A stretch of 64,000 nt of DNA from Sporopachydermia quercuum (lineage: Eukaryota): assembly GCA_001599295.1 (NCBI GenBank), contig BCGN01000001.1, positions 1,550,001 through 1,614,000 of the forward strand, read 5' to 3'. How positions within the stretch are numbered: position 1 is the stretch's first letter; the number at the start of each line of letters is the position of its first letter. Below the pieces are notes generated by a model that saw nothing but the letters and a program-made list of their open reading frames with translations, searched no databases and was not told the origin of the DNA. Positions 1 to 11,357 of this stretch are shown piece after piece. The translations under genes and the position numbers were made by a program.

Positions 1-855
1 TTGCCTACAAACTCAAAAACAAAATCTTATGGAGTTCGAGAATCTACTGATAGTTCACCTTCTGCTCCAACAGCCCAAACACAAACAATATCGTCTGAAT
101 CCAGTAGTATGATGAATGACGAGGGAAGCAATTCCAACGCCAGCAATGATTCTGATGCTTTGCCATTCATAGGATCAGTAGATCCAAGAGTTATGTCTGA
201 TATAATTATTGGTCTGTCCGATGGATTGACTGTGCCTTTTGCTTTAACAGCCGGATTGAGTAGCTTAGGTAATACAAAAATGGTTATTACTGGTGGAATG
301 GCTGAACTAGTATCTGGTGCCATTAGTATGGGCTTAGGTGGTTTTCTAGCTGCTAAATCAGAGAATGAGTATTACTATGCTCAAGTGAATAAAGAGAAGA
401 ACAACTTTCAACAATACCCTGAACTTCTAGCAGGTGAGGTGGAAGATATTTTATACAACTACAATTTATCTGAGAATACGATCAAGAGTTTTATTGAGGA
501 CCTGCAAGCTTCTCCTGTTGACATGATTGATTTTATAATTCGTTTCGGTAAAGGATTGGAAGAACCACCAGAAGGTAGACAATTTTCATCTGCTGCTACT
601 ATTGGATTATCATATTTTTTTGGAGGGTTTGTTCCTTTGCTTCCTTATTTTTTCACCTCTTCTGCTTATGAAGGACTTTATGTATCTGTGGCGGTGATGT
701 TTATCACGCTGTTTATATTTGGGTACGTGAAGTCTGTTATCTCTATGGGCTCTGATTGCTCTCTATTAGAAAGATTCTATTCTGGATTGGTAATGGTGCT
801 TACTGGGGGGGTTGCTGCTGGTGCTGCTTGGGGTTTGGTGAGAGCCATAGAATAA
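1..855 (+). CDS. CCC1: Vacuolar Fe2+/Mn2+ transporter (VIT1/CCC1 family); 5' end probably outside the window
   Basis: DPRVMSDIIIGLSDGLTVPFALTAGLSSLG, AELVSGAISMGLGGFLAAKSE and GGFVPLLPYFF motifs; frame is open from base 1. Confidence 0.95.
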   Translation: MPTNSKTKSYGVRESTDSSPSAPTAQTQTISSESSSMMNDEGSNSNASNDSDALPFIGSVDPRVMSDIIIGLSDGLTVPFALTAGLSSLGNTKMVITGGMAELVSGAISMGLGGFLAAKSENEYYYAQVNKEKNNFQQYPELLAGEVEDILYNYNLSENTIKSFIEDLQASPVDMIDFIIRFGKGLEEPPEGRQFSSAATIGLSYFFGGFVPLLPYFFTSSAYEGLYVSVAVMFITLFIFGYVKSVISMGSDCSLLERFYSGLVMVLTGGVAAGAAWGLVRAIE

Positions 856-1255
856 AGATAAGTCATCCCTTTCAAACTACGACCCTCAACCATTAATGGC
901 ACTAATATTTTCTTCAAATACACCACATATTGGCGTCATATCCATCTTTAACTGCATATACATAAAGACCCAACTGTCACTTTTAGATATCTGGCTTGAC
1001 ACACCTCTCATTTCCCCTCATCTTCCTAATGGCTTTTTATCATTCTGTACGATATTTAATGTTTCATATACTTTGTTTACTCCAGTCTAAACTACTATTC
1101 TCTTCACACAGCTAAATAAATCATGTTTAATAATTGTTGTCATGTATTAGCCGTATTGTACATCAATTATCGTTATAACATTAAGGAATATCACTATCTG
1201 GGATATTTAGATTACATAATCATTAAGTATTTCATAGGACATCTAATGTATCTAC

Positions 1256-1263
1256 GAGATGAG
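1256..1263 (+). promoter_or_regulatory. PAC element upstream of ribosome-biogenesis gene RSA3
   Basis: GAGATGAG about 200 bp upstream of the RSA3 ATG; an RRPE-like GAAAGAATTTT lies near 1327. Confidence 0.5.
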
Positions 1264-1462
1264 ATCCGAAGATATTTTGGGCTTAAAAAATATTTACAAT
1301 TAGGAACAAAAAATAATACAGAACTGAAAGAATTTTGAATTGATTGCAAGCAAGATCTCTTTCATAATACGATGTTAGAAACCTACTTGTTACGGTCTAA
1401 GATACACTATTATACTTTCTAGTTGTAAAAGATTCTATTCTAAGTGTATTGTATGTGTGAAT

Positions 1463-2144
1463 ATGAGTATTGCCATCCCAAATAAATCTATAAGAGACAG
1501 CGGTAAGAAGTCAAAGCGAAGAAGGAAGAAGAGAAGAACAGAAGGTATGTTGAGTTGAATATATTTTTATAAGCCAGCCATTCACAATTTTTTTTTTGAG
1601 AACGGCACTTGTTTTGAGTCGACATAAAGGTCTCTAACATAATGATTCAGATTTCTCGTCTGATTCATCTTCAAGTTCAGAAAGCGAGCAGGAGACTACA
1701 GAACGTTTACCCCATAAGCGAAATGTATTAGATGATAATAACGTTGAGGTGAGACCAATAGAAGATGACGTCGAAATGAGAATGGATTTCTCTGAGCATT
1801 TCAGTGAAGAAAAAGAAGATAGGTATCTACGATTACAGTCTGAGCTTTCAGCATTGCAAGCGCCCACCAAACCTTTAAAATCAGCGTCTTATTTATCTTA
1901 CAATCACATAAGACCTTTACGTTTTAACGATTATGAAAATGAACAACATTATGAGACGGGCCGAAACAAATACTTGGAGTTGATAACGTTGGAACTATCC
2001 GATGATATAGATCAACTACGAAAGAGCGATGATTTTAACGTGGGGATGATTCCAACTATTGTTGATGCATTGAAATCAGGGGTCAACATGTTCGATAAGG
2101 ACGTGTTTGATGTTATTGTTCAGGGATCGGGAAATAAACATTAA
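1463..2144 (+). CDS. RSA3: Ribosome assembly protein 3; exons 1463-1544 and 1651-2144
   Basis: Intron GTATGT(1545)...CTCTAAC...CAG(1650) joins KSKRRRKKRRTE to DFSSDSSSSSESE in frame; C-terminal YLELITLELSDDIDQLRKSDDF...DALKSGVNMFD matches Rsa3; adjacent to CCC1 as in S. cerevisiae. Confidence 0.88.
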
Positions 2145-2272
2145 TTATATTTTGGTAGGAATTATGTGTACATGTGCGTTTATTACAACTTTTTGCTTCT
2201 CAATAATTACATTTGATCTGTAGAATACATTTAGTCCATTTTAATTCAAAAGATTAGAAATAAGGAGTTCGC

Positions 2273-3585
2273 TTATTGCTTTTTGGATTTCTTGCTATTA
2301 AAATCTGATGCTTCTTCTGGTGACCTTTTGTTCTCTTTTTTCTTCTTTTTTACCAACGAATTAATATCTGCAGCTGAAGCAACATGTATATTCGGTGTCA
2401 TCAGTGAGCTGTTTAGTAAAGCACCAAGAACTTCATTCTTCTCGCTATCTAATAAAGCTGCACTATCTGATTCGTTAAGTTCAGCAAGCTACAAAGATGA
2501 ATAGTTAGAATTAACTTCCACCCACTCTTTTGAAATNGGACAACTTTTGTCTCGACAAAAACAACAACCAACACTTACTCTAGCTTTCAGATCTGATAAC
2601 AAACTTTTATCATTTGTTTGTCCTGCTTTTTCCCTTTCTTCTACATAGTGGATGGCCTTTTCCATATGTTGCACTGCCCGTGCCTTTCCATCAGGAATAT
2701 CCACACATAACTCCAGAGCTAGCGATATTTTATAGTGAGATTCAGAAATCAGTGTGGAGTTAGGGTTATTCAACTCTTCACGAATTTTTAATGATTTCTC
2801 AAGATCCTCAGCTGCTTGTGGGAAGTTTTCTGAAAATTTGTTAGAGTTCATCAAAACTATGTTGACTAATTATGATTTTTGGTAGAATAGTATGAGTATA
2901 ATAACAAGTACGACTTACCTGACTCCAAGGAGACTTCCCCCAACAAATCATACGTATCGGAAAGTTTTCTCTTTATCTCTTTGATATTTTCACTTTCATC
3001 CTCTTCTTTGTTTGTACTTTGTTTTGTTTTATTGGATTTATTACTATCATCCAGCTTTTTTTCAAATAATGCCCTGGCCAAGTCTAAAATTTCCCAAGCA
3101 AGTTCAAAATCGGATTGTTCTTCCTCTCCATCTCCATCTCCATCTCCATCACCATTGTCACCCTCATCACTTTCCTCATCGTTACTATTATTATCACTTT
3201 TCTCATCATCATTATTTTCTGGCTCCTCGTTTTCATTTGCATCATCATCATCCTCTCCTATTCTTGTATCTTCACTGAACTGGAAGATTCCCTTTGCTTC
3301 GTTCTTTTCATCGTTAGTAGTTACATTTCCATTGTCCACTTGCTCATTACCTTCAGTAGCTGATGCACCACCCAACACTTCCGATTTACTAACTCCTATT
3401 TGAAAAAGAGTTTTGCCATATAGATAGAGTAAATTCGGATCGTCTTCCCCGTTGTAAGCTTGGTTGTATAGCTCACAGGCAGATGCATACTTATCCGCAG
3501 CAGCTTCAAACTTCTTTTCAGCATAAAGCTTTCCTCCTTCTTCTAGAGCAGCTGATGTCTCTTGTGAGTAACCTAAGCTTGTCAT
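2273..3585 (-). CDS. HIF1: NASP/Hif1 histone chaperone (SHNi-TPR); exons 3585-2919, 2829-2579, 2488-2273
   Basis: YLYGKTLF, acidic insert, SDFELAWEILDLAR and LGEVSLES|ENFPQAAEDL restored by two GTAAGT...CTAAC...YAG introns; basic C-terminal NLS. Confidence 0.88.
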
Positions 3586-4493
3586 AATGAAAAATGCGGA
3601 AGAGGTTGTCGGTTACTCTTGCTGGAGCACTATTGTCCATTTTCAGTTAATATACGCATCATCAACAGTTTAAAATGCCTTCCAAACAATTGGATTTAAT
3701 TGGATTCGATTCAATTATACGTAATGACGACTCAACACCTTGAAGGATTCCTTCAAAAACGATCGACGCTTCATTGCCATTCAACAAGAGAGATTATGTA
3801 CTACTATAATCGTTATTAAGCACAAGTGATCGACTTACCAGAGAAGTACCAACTAGTAGGCCTAAGAACGTTCTTAATTACCCCAAAGAAGGAAGTCTTG
3901 TTAAAACCAAATGCAGTTCTAATCCACATTCAATCATTATCATCTTCGCTTTTGTCTATGGAGTTATTATGTAACAGTTTATAACCATTCTTCTCCCATG
4001 TCTTCTGTCATCCTTCAGATATTAACGCGATTTTCTAAGGCGAGACGCTATGTCTAATATCATGATTACGTCTCCTTTTCTTACGACTTTGCAACACGAA
4101 CGCGAAAAATAAATAGTCACATGACGTTTCAATGATCTAGACATCCAAACACCTCATAACTTACAGATACTCATACAAAGATGAAACACGTACAAATATA
4201 AGAAACTGTATTAAAAGAACACAGATCAAGCTTGTTCATTGCAATTCATCTCTGACTTTTGTCATCCATATTAAAAGAGTAGAACAACTGAGGATTTTTT
4301 ACGTGCAATAGTAGTTTTATAGTTGAATAAGGTTCATAAGTTATTCTTTTGTTTGTTGTGATAGTTGCTCGAAATACTAAGGCTCCAGAGCAGAACGCAA
4401 ACACTGTTAAGCGCTCAGGNAACAATTGCGATCATCGAATAGCAATTGTGTTGATACTACGTTTTTACAGCAGAGATATATATCATTACTACA

Positions 4494-5918
4494 ATGGCAG
4501 CTGCTGGTATGTATATATTTGAGACTCAAACGAGGAAATATGTTGACAACAATGTTTTGATATGGATCTGTACTGTGCATTTATTAACATTGCGTTTAGT
4601 GGATCCAGGTCTTGTAGACGAGTTTGAGCAAGCTTCAGCGATCTCAGAGTCCGTATCTGCACCATTTGGAGATATGCCAACTAAAGCAGAAGTGATTTCT
4701 AATATTGTTTGCAAGAAATTAAACGGCTTTGTTGGATTTGCTAACTTCCCTAATCAATGGCACAGAAAAAGTATAAAATTGGGTTTCAATTTGAATATCA
4801 TGATTGTTGGCTCAACAGGATTGGGTAAATCTACATGTATCAATACATTGTTCAACAGAGAATTGTACCCTGCCAAACCTTTAAAAAGTCCTGCCGAGTT
4901 GGCATCATCACCAGTTTCAATTGAGGTCGTTCAGGCAGATATAGAGGAGAATGATGTTAAGTTGCATTTAACTGTTGTTGATACCCCCCACTTTGGCGAT
5001 TCTATCAATAATGAAGAATCGTGGAGACCAATAATTGAAAACATTGATAGTAGGTTTGATGACTATTTGGAGTCAGAAAGCAAGATTAACCGGAATTCCA
5101 TTGTTGATAACAGAATTCACGCTTGTATTTACTTTCTGGAACCTACTGGTCATTCTTTGAAAGCTTTAGACGCGGCCGTGATGAAGAAGTTGCATGAAAA
5201 AGTCAATTTGATTCCTGTGATTGCAAAAGCAGATACAATGACACCAGAGGAAATAGAGGAGTTCAAGAGAACTATTCTGGCAGATATCAAACAACACGGG
5301 ATCAATACATTCGAACCACCATGCTATAGTGATGACGAAGATGAAACATCAACAAGAAATAATATCATTTCAAAGATTCCTTTNGCAGTTGTTGGATCAT
5401 CCGATCTGGTTACTGCTAGTGACGGTAATCAAGTAAGAGGTCGTGCTTATCCATGGGGTGTAATTGAAGTTGATAATCCTGAACACAATGACTTCGTCTT
5501 TTTAAGACAACTGCTTATTCGAAGCTACTTAGAAGAATTAAGAGAAAATACTGCAAATGTATTGTATGAGAATTATAGAACTGAAAAACTAAAGTTGTTG
5601 GGTGTTGCTCAAGATGATTCAGTGTTCAGGGAATTCGATCCCAATGTACGACAAGAGGAACAAAAAGCACTACATGAAGCAAGATTAGCTAAAATGGAAG
5701 CAGAATTGAAAAACGTATTTGAGAAGAAGGTTGCTGAAAAGGAACAAAAGTTAAAGAACTCTGAAACAGAGCTATTTGCAAGACACAGGGAAATGAAAGA
5801 AAAACTAAACAAACAATTGAAATTATTAGAGGAAAAGAAATCTCAATTAGAAAACATGCGCAATCATCCAGTCGATGAAAAGACAACAAAGACCCGAAAG
5901 GGGTTTTCGCTTCGTTAA
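4494..5918 (+). CDS. CDC3: Septin Cdc3; probable 93-nt intron 4507-4599
   Basis: GFVGFANFPNQWHRKSI, P-loop GSTGLGKS, AKAD, GRAYPWG, coiled coil and KGFSLR C-terminus. Confidence 0.93.
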   Translation: MAAAGMYIFETQTRKYVDNNVLIWICTVHLLTLRLVDPGLVDEFEQASAISESVSAPFGDMPTKAEVISNIVCKKLNGFVGFANFPNQWHRKSIKLGFNLNIMIVGSTGLGKSTCINTLFNRELYPAKPLKSPAELASSPVSIEVVQADIEENDVKLHLTVVDTPHFGDSINNEESWRPIIENIDSRFDDYLESESKINRNSIVDNRIHACIYFLEPTGHSLKALDAAVMKKLHEKVNLIPVIAKADTMTPEEIEEFKRTILADIKQHGINTFEPPCYSDDEDETSTRNNIISKIPXAVVGSSDLVTASDGNQVRGRAYPWGVIEVDNPEHNDFVFLRQLLIRSYLEELRENTANVLYENYRTEKLKLLGVAQDDSVFREFDPNVRQEEQKALHEARLAKMEAELKNVFEKKVAEKEQKLKNSETELFARHREMKEKLNKQLKLLEEKKSQLENMRNHPVDEKTTKTRKGFSLR

Positions 5919-6594
5919 GAAACAAAAATGGTCTCTATATGGATACTTTGGATCAGAAATTTATGTTGTTATGCTATGGTAAACTCTTAGGCCAGTTCTT
6001 TGTATTTTCGGTTATTTAATTATTAGGCTTATATATTTGTTATTCAAACAGTTGTAGATTCCATCGAGATACTTATTGGANGAAATCAAATCTATTCACC
6101 TTTTCACTTTTCGGTCATTACATTTATTTATTCACTACGATTTCGTCCATTTCACTTCGTCATAAACATATTCAAAGCTCACACAAAGAGAGTTCCAAGG
6201 AGCTTTTAGCACATGACTAGTCATGTGATAGCCATGTATTATGACGTAAATTTACTTATGCCTCACTAGTTTAAACTCAAGTATGAATAGATGTTCTATA
6301 GAAAATTCAAAGTAAATCGTAGAATTTGCTAGAAGCCTCAGACACTTATCACCATTTTGAAAGAAAACTTAATGTCCAAAATAGGAAGTGTAATAAATTT
6401 GTTTATTACGTACATGTAACTAACATATTTAAACTCTCTCAATTAAGTTGGATGAATATTCAAGATACTACGTGGAATCACTGATGATTAAATGAAAAAA
6501 TCAAGAAAAAATGGATGAAAATGATGATAAAAATATAAAAATAAAAATAAATAATCGATGAAATATAATCTAAAATACCTCCTATATCGGTGAT

Positions 6595-6671
6595 GAAAAC
6601 TCTGGAATATTCTAGTATGTTGGAGAAGCTTCTAGAAGGTAAGAGAACATTGTAGAATGGTCTGGAAGTTC
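6595..6671. promoter_or_regulatory. Heat-shock element (HSF) cluster upstream of HSP70; TATA box near 6755
   Basis: Perfect nGAAnnTTCnnGAAn (AGAAGCTTCTAGAAG, 6624-6638) flanked by further GAA/TTC units; TATATAAA downstream. Confidence 0.85.
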
Positions 6672-6990
6672 AATGGCGATGAGGCAGGATGAAGTGAAAA
6701 TCACTGATAGTGACGGGTTCACCTCAATCCTTTGTTGAGGAAGAATCTTCAATTATATAAAGAGTAGTGGAGTACCACTTTGTTTGAATTCCACTTAACT
6801 TTCCTTTAAGTTTAATTAGTTTGATACCTTTTTTTCTTATTTTATTTTATTGTCGAGGTTGTATATTATAAAAGTTGAATAGCAAAAGTAATATATGCAA
6901 TAACAGCTGAAGCAAATACAGTTTATTCACATTAATTCATTACTATCCTATTCATATTCTTGCACATAAAACACAACAAATATACGCACA

Positions 6991-8946
6991 ATGTCAAAAG
7001 CTGTCGGAATTGATTTGGGTACCACATACTCTTGCGTTGCCCACTTTACCAATGACCGGGTTGAAATTATTGCCAACGATCAAGGTAACAGAACTACTCC
7101 ATCTTTCGTTGCCTTCACTGATACTGAAAGATTGATTGGTGATGCTGCTAAGAATCAAGCTGCTATGAATCCTGCTAACACCGTTTTCGATGCTAAGCGT
7201 CTTATCGGTAGAAAGTTTTCTGACCCAGAAGTTCAGGGTGATATGAAGCATTTCCCTTTCAAGGTTATTGAAAAGAGCGGAAAGCCATACATTGAGGTTG
7301 AGTTCAAGGGTGAAACTAAGGTTTTCACTCCTGAAGAAATTTCTTCTATGATTTTGACCAAGATGAAGGAAACTGCTGAGGCTTACTTAGGTGAAAAAAT
7401 CACGGACGCTGTCGTCACAGTTCCTGCCTACTTCAATGACTCTCAACGTCAAGCTACCAAGGATGCCGGTTTGATTGCTGGACTTAATGTTATGAGAATT
7501 ATTAACGAACCAACTGCTGCCGCCATTGCTTATGGCTTAGATAAGAAGGAAGGCGGTGAAAAGAACGTTTTGATTTTCGATTTAGGTGGTGGTACTTTCG
7601 ATGTCTCCTTACTTTCTATTGAAGATGGTATTTTCGAAGTCAAGGCTACTGCTGGTGATACTCATTTGGGTGGTGAAGATTTCGATAACAGATTGGTTAA
7701 TCACTTTGTCGCTGAATTCAAGAGAAAACATAAGCAAGACTTATCTCAGTCTCAAAGAGCTTTAAGAAGATTGAGAACTGCTTGTGAGAGAGCCAAGAGA
7801 ACTCTCTCTTCCTCTGCTCAAACCTCTGTTGAAATTGACTCCTTATACGACGGTATTGATTTTTACACTTCTATCACCAGAGCTAGATTCGAAGAATTAT
7901 GTGGTGATTTATTCAGATCTACTTTAGACCCCGTTCAAAAGGTCCTTTCTGATGCTAAGATCGACAAGGGTGCCGTAGATGAAATCGTTTTGGTTGGTGG
8001 TTCTACCCGTATCCCCAAGGTTCAAAAGTTGGTTTCTGACTTCTTCAATGGTAAACAGCCTAATAAGTCCATCAATCCTGACGAGGCTGTTGCTTACGGC
8101 GCTGCTGTTCAAGCTGCTATCTTGTCTGGTGACACTTCTTCTAAGACTCAAGATTTATTACTTTTAGATGTGGCTCCTCTTTCTCTTGGTATTGAAACTG
8201 CTGGTGGTGTCATGACCAAGTTGATTCCAAGAAACTCTACCATCCCTACTAAGAAGTCTGAAGTTTTCTCTACATATGCCGATAACCAACCTGGTGTCCT
8301 AATTCAAGTCTTCGAAGGTGAAAGAGCTAAGACCGCCGACAACAACTTGTTAGGTAAGTTCGAGTTAACTGGTATTCCACCTGCTCCAAGAGGTGTTCCT
8401 CAAATTGAAGTCACCTTTGATTTAGACGCTAATGGAATTTTGAATGTCTCCGCTGTTGAGAAAGGTACTGGTAAGACCAACAAGATTACTATCACTAATG
8501 ACAAGGGTAGACTTTCAAAGGAAGAAATCGAAAAGATGGTTGCCGATGCTGAAAAGTACAAGGAAGAAGACGAAAAAGAATCTGCTAGAATTTCCGCTAA
8601 GAACGGTTTAGAATCCTACGTCTACTCTTTGAANAACACCACCTCTGAAGACTCTTTCAAGGAGAAGGTTGACGCTGAGGAACTTTCCAAGTTGGAAACT
8701 CTTTTGAAGGAAACCGTTGACTGGTTAGATAACAACACTACTGCTACCACTGAAGAATTCACTGATAAGCAAAAGGAAGTTGAAGCCGTTGCCAATCCTA
8801 TCATGACCAAGTTCTACCAAGCTGCTGGTGGTGAAGGTGCTGCTCCTGGCGGATTCCCTGGTGCTCCTGGTGGATTCCCTGGTGCCGGTGCTGGTGCCGG
8901 TGGTCCTCCTCCTGCTGACGGTCCAACTGTTGAAGAAGTCGATTAA
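6991..8946 (+). CDS. SSA1: Cytosolic Hsp70 (SSA family)
   Basis: [19 protein letters not shown]-terminal GPTVEEVD; strong codon bias; exact SSA paralogue cannot be resolved. Confidence 0.97.
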   Translation: MSKAVGIDLGTTYSCVAHFTNDRVEIIANDQGNRTTPSFVAFTDTERLIGDAAKNQAAMNPANTVFDAKRLIGRKFSDPEVQGDMKHFPFKVIEKSGKPYIEVEFKGETKVFTPEEISSMILTKMKETAEAYLGEKITDAVVTVPAYFNDSQRQATKDAGLIAGLNVMRIINEPTAAAIAYGLDKKEGGEKNVLIFDLGGGTFDVSLLSIEDGIFEVKATAGDTHLGGEDFDNRLVNHFVAEFKRKHKQDLSQSQRALRRLRTACERAKRTLSSSAQTSVEIDSLYDGIDFYTSITRARFEELCGDLFRSTLDPVQKVLSDAKIDKGAVDEIVLVGGSTRIPKVQKLVSDFFNGKQPNKSINPDEAVAYGAAVQAAILSGDTSSKTQDLLLLDVAPLSLGIETAGGVMTKLIPRNSTIPTKKSEVFSTYADNQPGVLIQVFEGERAKTADNNLLGKFELTGIPPAPRGVPQIEVTFDLDANGILNVSAVEKGTGKTNKITITNDKGRLSKEEIEKMVADAEKYKEEDEKESARISAKNGLESYVYSLXNTTSEDSFKEKVDAEELSKLETLLKETVDWLDNNTTATTEEFTDKQKEVEAVANPIMTKFYQAAGGEGAAPGGFPGAPGGFPGAGAGAGGPPPADGPTVEEVD

Positions 8947-9479
8947 ACAATTCTCATAACATAAGTATAATGATTTGGGTTTTTCAGTTTTACATAGTCT
9001 AATGATTTTCGGTAGAGCAAACAAAAATATAAATGCTATTAATTTATTCAAATTCAGAATTATACTGTAGAATCGAAATTTTGTGAAAGGGTCACTATTT
9101 ATTAATATTAACCTCTTAAGTTACAAGTTACTATGTGAATGGTGGCTTCCATAACGTGAGTATAAACTGTGGGTATAAACTGCTTCAAGGAACTGTTTTA
9201 TGCCAATCTATAGAAGTGATTCACACATGTCTCTTACTTCATAATGAATTAGAACAATTTTGAGATTGTACGTACGTAGAGCTTTTCAATTGAAACCACA
9301 AACAAGACACAAACAAGCGCACAGACGCTACTCTACTATAGTAAAATCTGTCGCTTCTAATTATGAATTCCAATATAAATCGAACCAGGAGTAATCTTTT
9401 AAAGGAAGTTTTTAACAAGTAAACTAAAAGATGAGATTCTTAACGGAAATGCATATTGATACGTGATTTTCTACATATT

Positions 9480-10935
9480 ATGTTGAAAGTTCTGGAGCAA
9501 AAGGTTTGAAGTTTCATTTTCCTCCACTACAATACAAGAGATAAAACCTTGCTCGGGAGAGAAGCCCAATATTATGACATTGTAGATCATCAAGTGCTGG
9601 GGTAATCCTTNAATTCAATCAAATATATAGAATAGATTCCTACAAACAGGTATTTAGCATTTGTTATCTATTAACAAACTACTGTAGGTTTAATCAAATC
9701 TCAAGAATATAATATTTTGGATTTGAGAAATTTCTGGAGAGATCTCTCATCTTATGCCGTATACATCCATTCTCTTCACTATATTTTTCGTATTCACCAG
9801 AAAAGATAGAATCTAAATATCTCGCTTTGCCAATGTTTGCCAGCATTGCCGAGAAATCAGCAGCCGATTCGTAGATAAGTCCTTGCTCTCCATTAATTTT
9901 ATTGCCTTCAATCCGAGTTACCCATCGTCATCAAAACCATCCAATAAGAGGGCCTTCTCATCTCATCACCCATTGCATTCTCATTCTCATATTATAGACA
10001 GAACACCCCCCAATTAAGACCAATGAGCGAAGCAGACATACAATACCAAATGACATATTCACGATACATTCATTATTTTAAAATAATGCGGGCACTCCTG
10101 ACTAATGAGAAACGTTTAAGAAAGCCATATTGTTATAAAACAATTAAGAAAGCGCTAACTGACCACGGTCAACCAACCACTCGTTTCCTTGGATGAACAA
10201 GTGAACGTCATAACTCTCCTATCTCATTACATCCCCTATGGATACTGAAAAGTTTCAGCGTTCAATTTATTATGTACATGAGAAAGTGTAAAATAAATAA
10301 CGTTTTCCACTAATTAATTGAAACTGCAGAACTGTACATTTTTCTGCAGGACAATTAGTTCTTGTCAGTTTGTCAGAGATAATAATTGTCAACAAATTGC
10401 TAAATAATGACAATTGAGTAATATGAGCAGTATTGCATTNAGTAAGCACAACATAGTAGTGTACCAATCAGTTTAATGAAATTAATATCAAACTTGAGAA
10501 ATTCACCACACTCTAGTGTTCCATTGCATCTTAATCAAGGCAATCAATTGAGGACTTATATGCTTTATTGTTCTCAATGGATAATAGAATGTGTCATCAT
10601 TTAAGTTTCAAAGTAGTTTCCTGACATAATTCTCATCAATGATGATAGAATTACTGTAGCAAATGTGGTGGATATTCGACTTACCACACCTACAGTAAAT
10701 ATATCGCTAAATGGTGAATTGTCAATATGAACTACAAGATAATTAGTTGTAATTCATGAAATATGATAAAATGAGTCAACTAATGCAACTATAATATTCC
10801 AATATCACTACTACTCTAGAGTTTCAATCGTGTCCCAAAACGTGATTCGGGTTTAAACCCCTCTTGTGGGCTGTGAGACTACTCTANCTATGCCCAAGTA
10901 AATAAATGTCAAGATCTCCAGAACCTCCTATTTAT
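9480..10935 (+). ncRNA. Candidate large structured ncRNA, possibly telomerase RNA
   Basis: No long ORF; TATAAAT 9374; end-to-end pairing 9489-9497/10916-10924; about 120-nt hairpin 10613-10735; template-like CCTATCTCATTACATCCCCTAT 10218-10239; TACTAAC 10987. Confidence 0.45.
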
Positions 10936-11357
10936 GTCGTAATAGTGATTTTCCTCTTTTGGCCATGTCATGACTGACTTGCAGATTACTAACTCTTTCC
11001 GAGATTTGAAATTCTCCACGATACGACGATAGGTGGAAATGGAAACCCACCATTGAAAAGTCGAGTTGTTTACTTTCTTATGCGAATTGAAGAATNNGAA
11101 TATTAAGGAAAGAACTGTTGATAAAAGGTTTNTAAGACATAAAGTCTAGTAATTATCAGTCATCAATTTGATTTTCAGTGAAAGATCGCGTCTGTCTGTT
11201 GTTCATTTTATAGTATAAGGGGGAGTTTTGTGTACTTGACCAGCTACGTTTCATACAAGCACCTATTTCACATTATTGCCTTTGGTGTTAAGTGTTATTC
11301 ATTGAAAAGTTTGAACACTTCTATTACAACAAAAAAGTTGATATTGGAACAAAGAGA

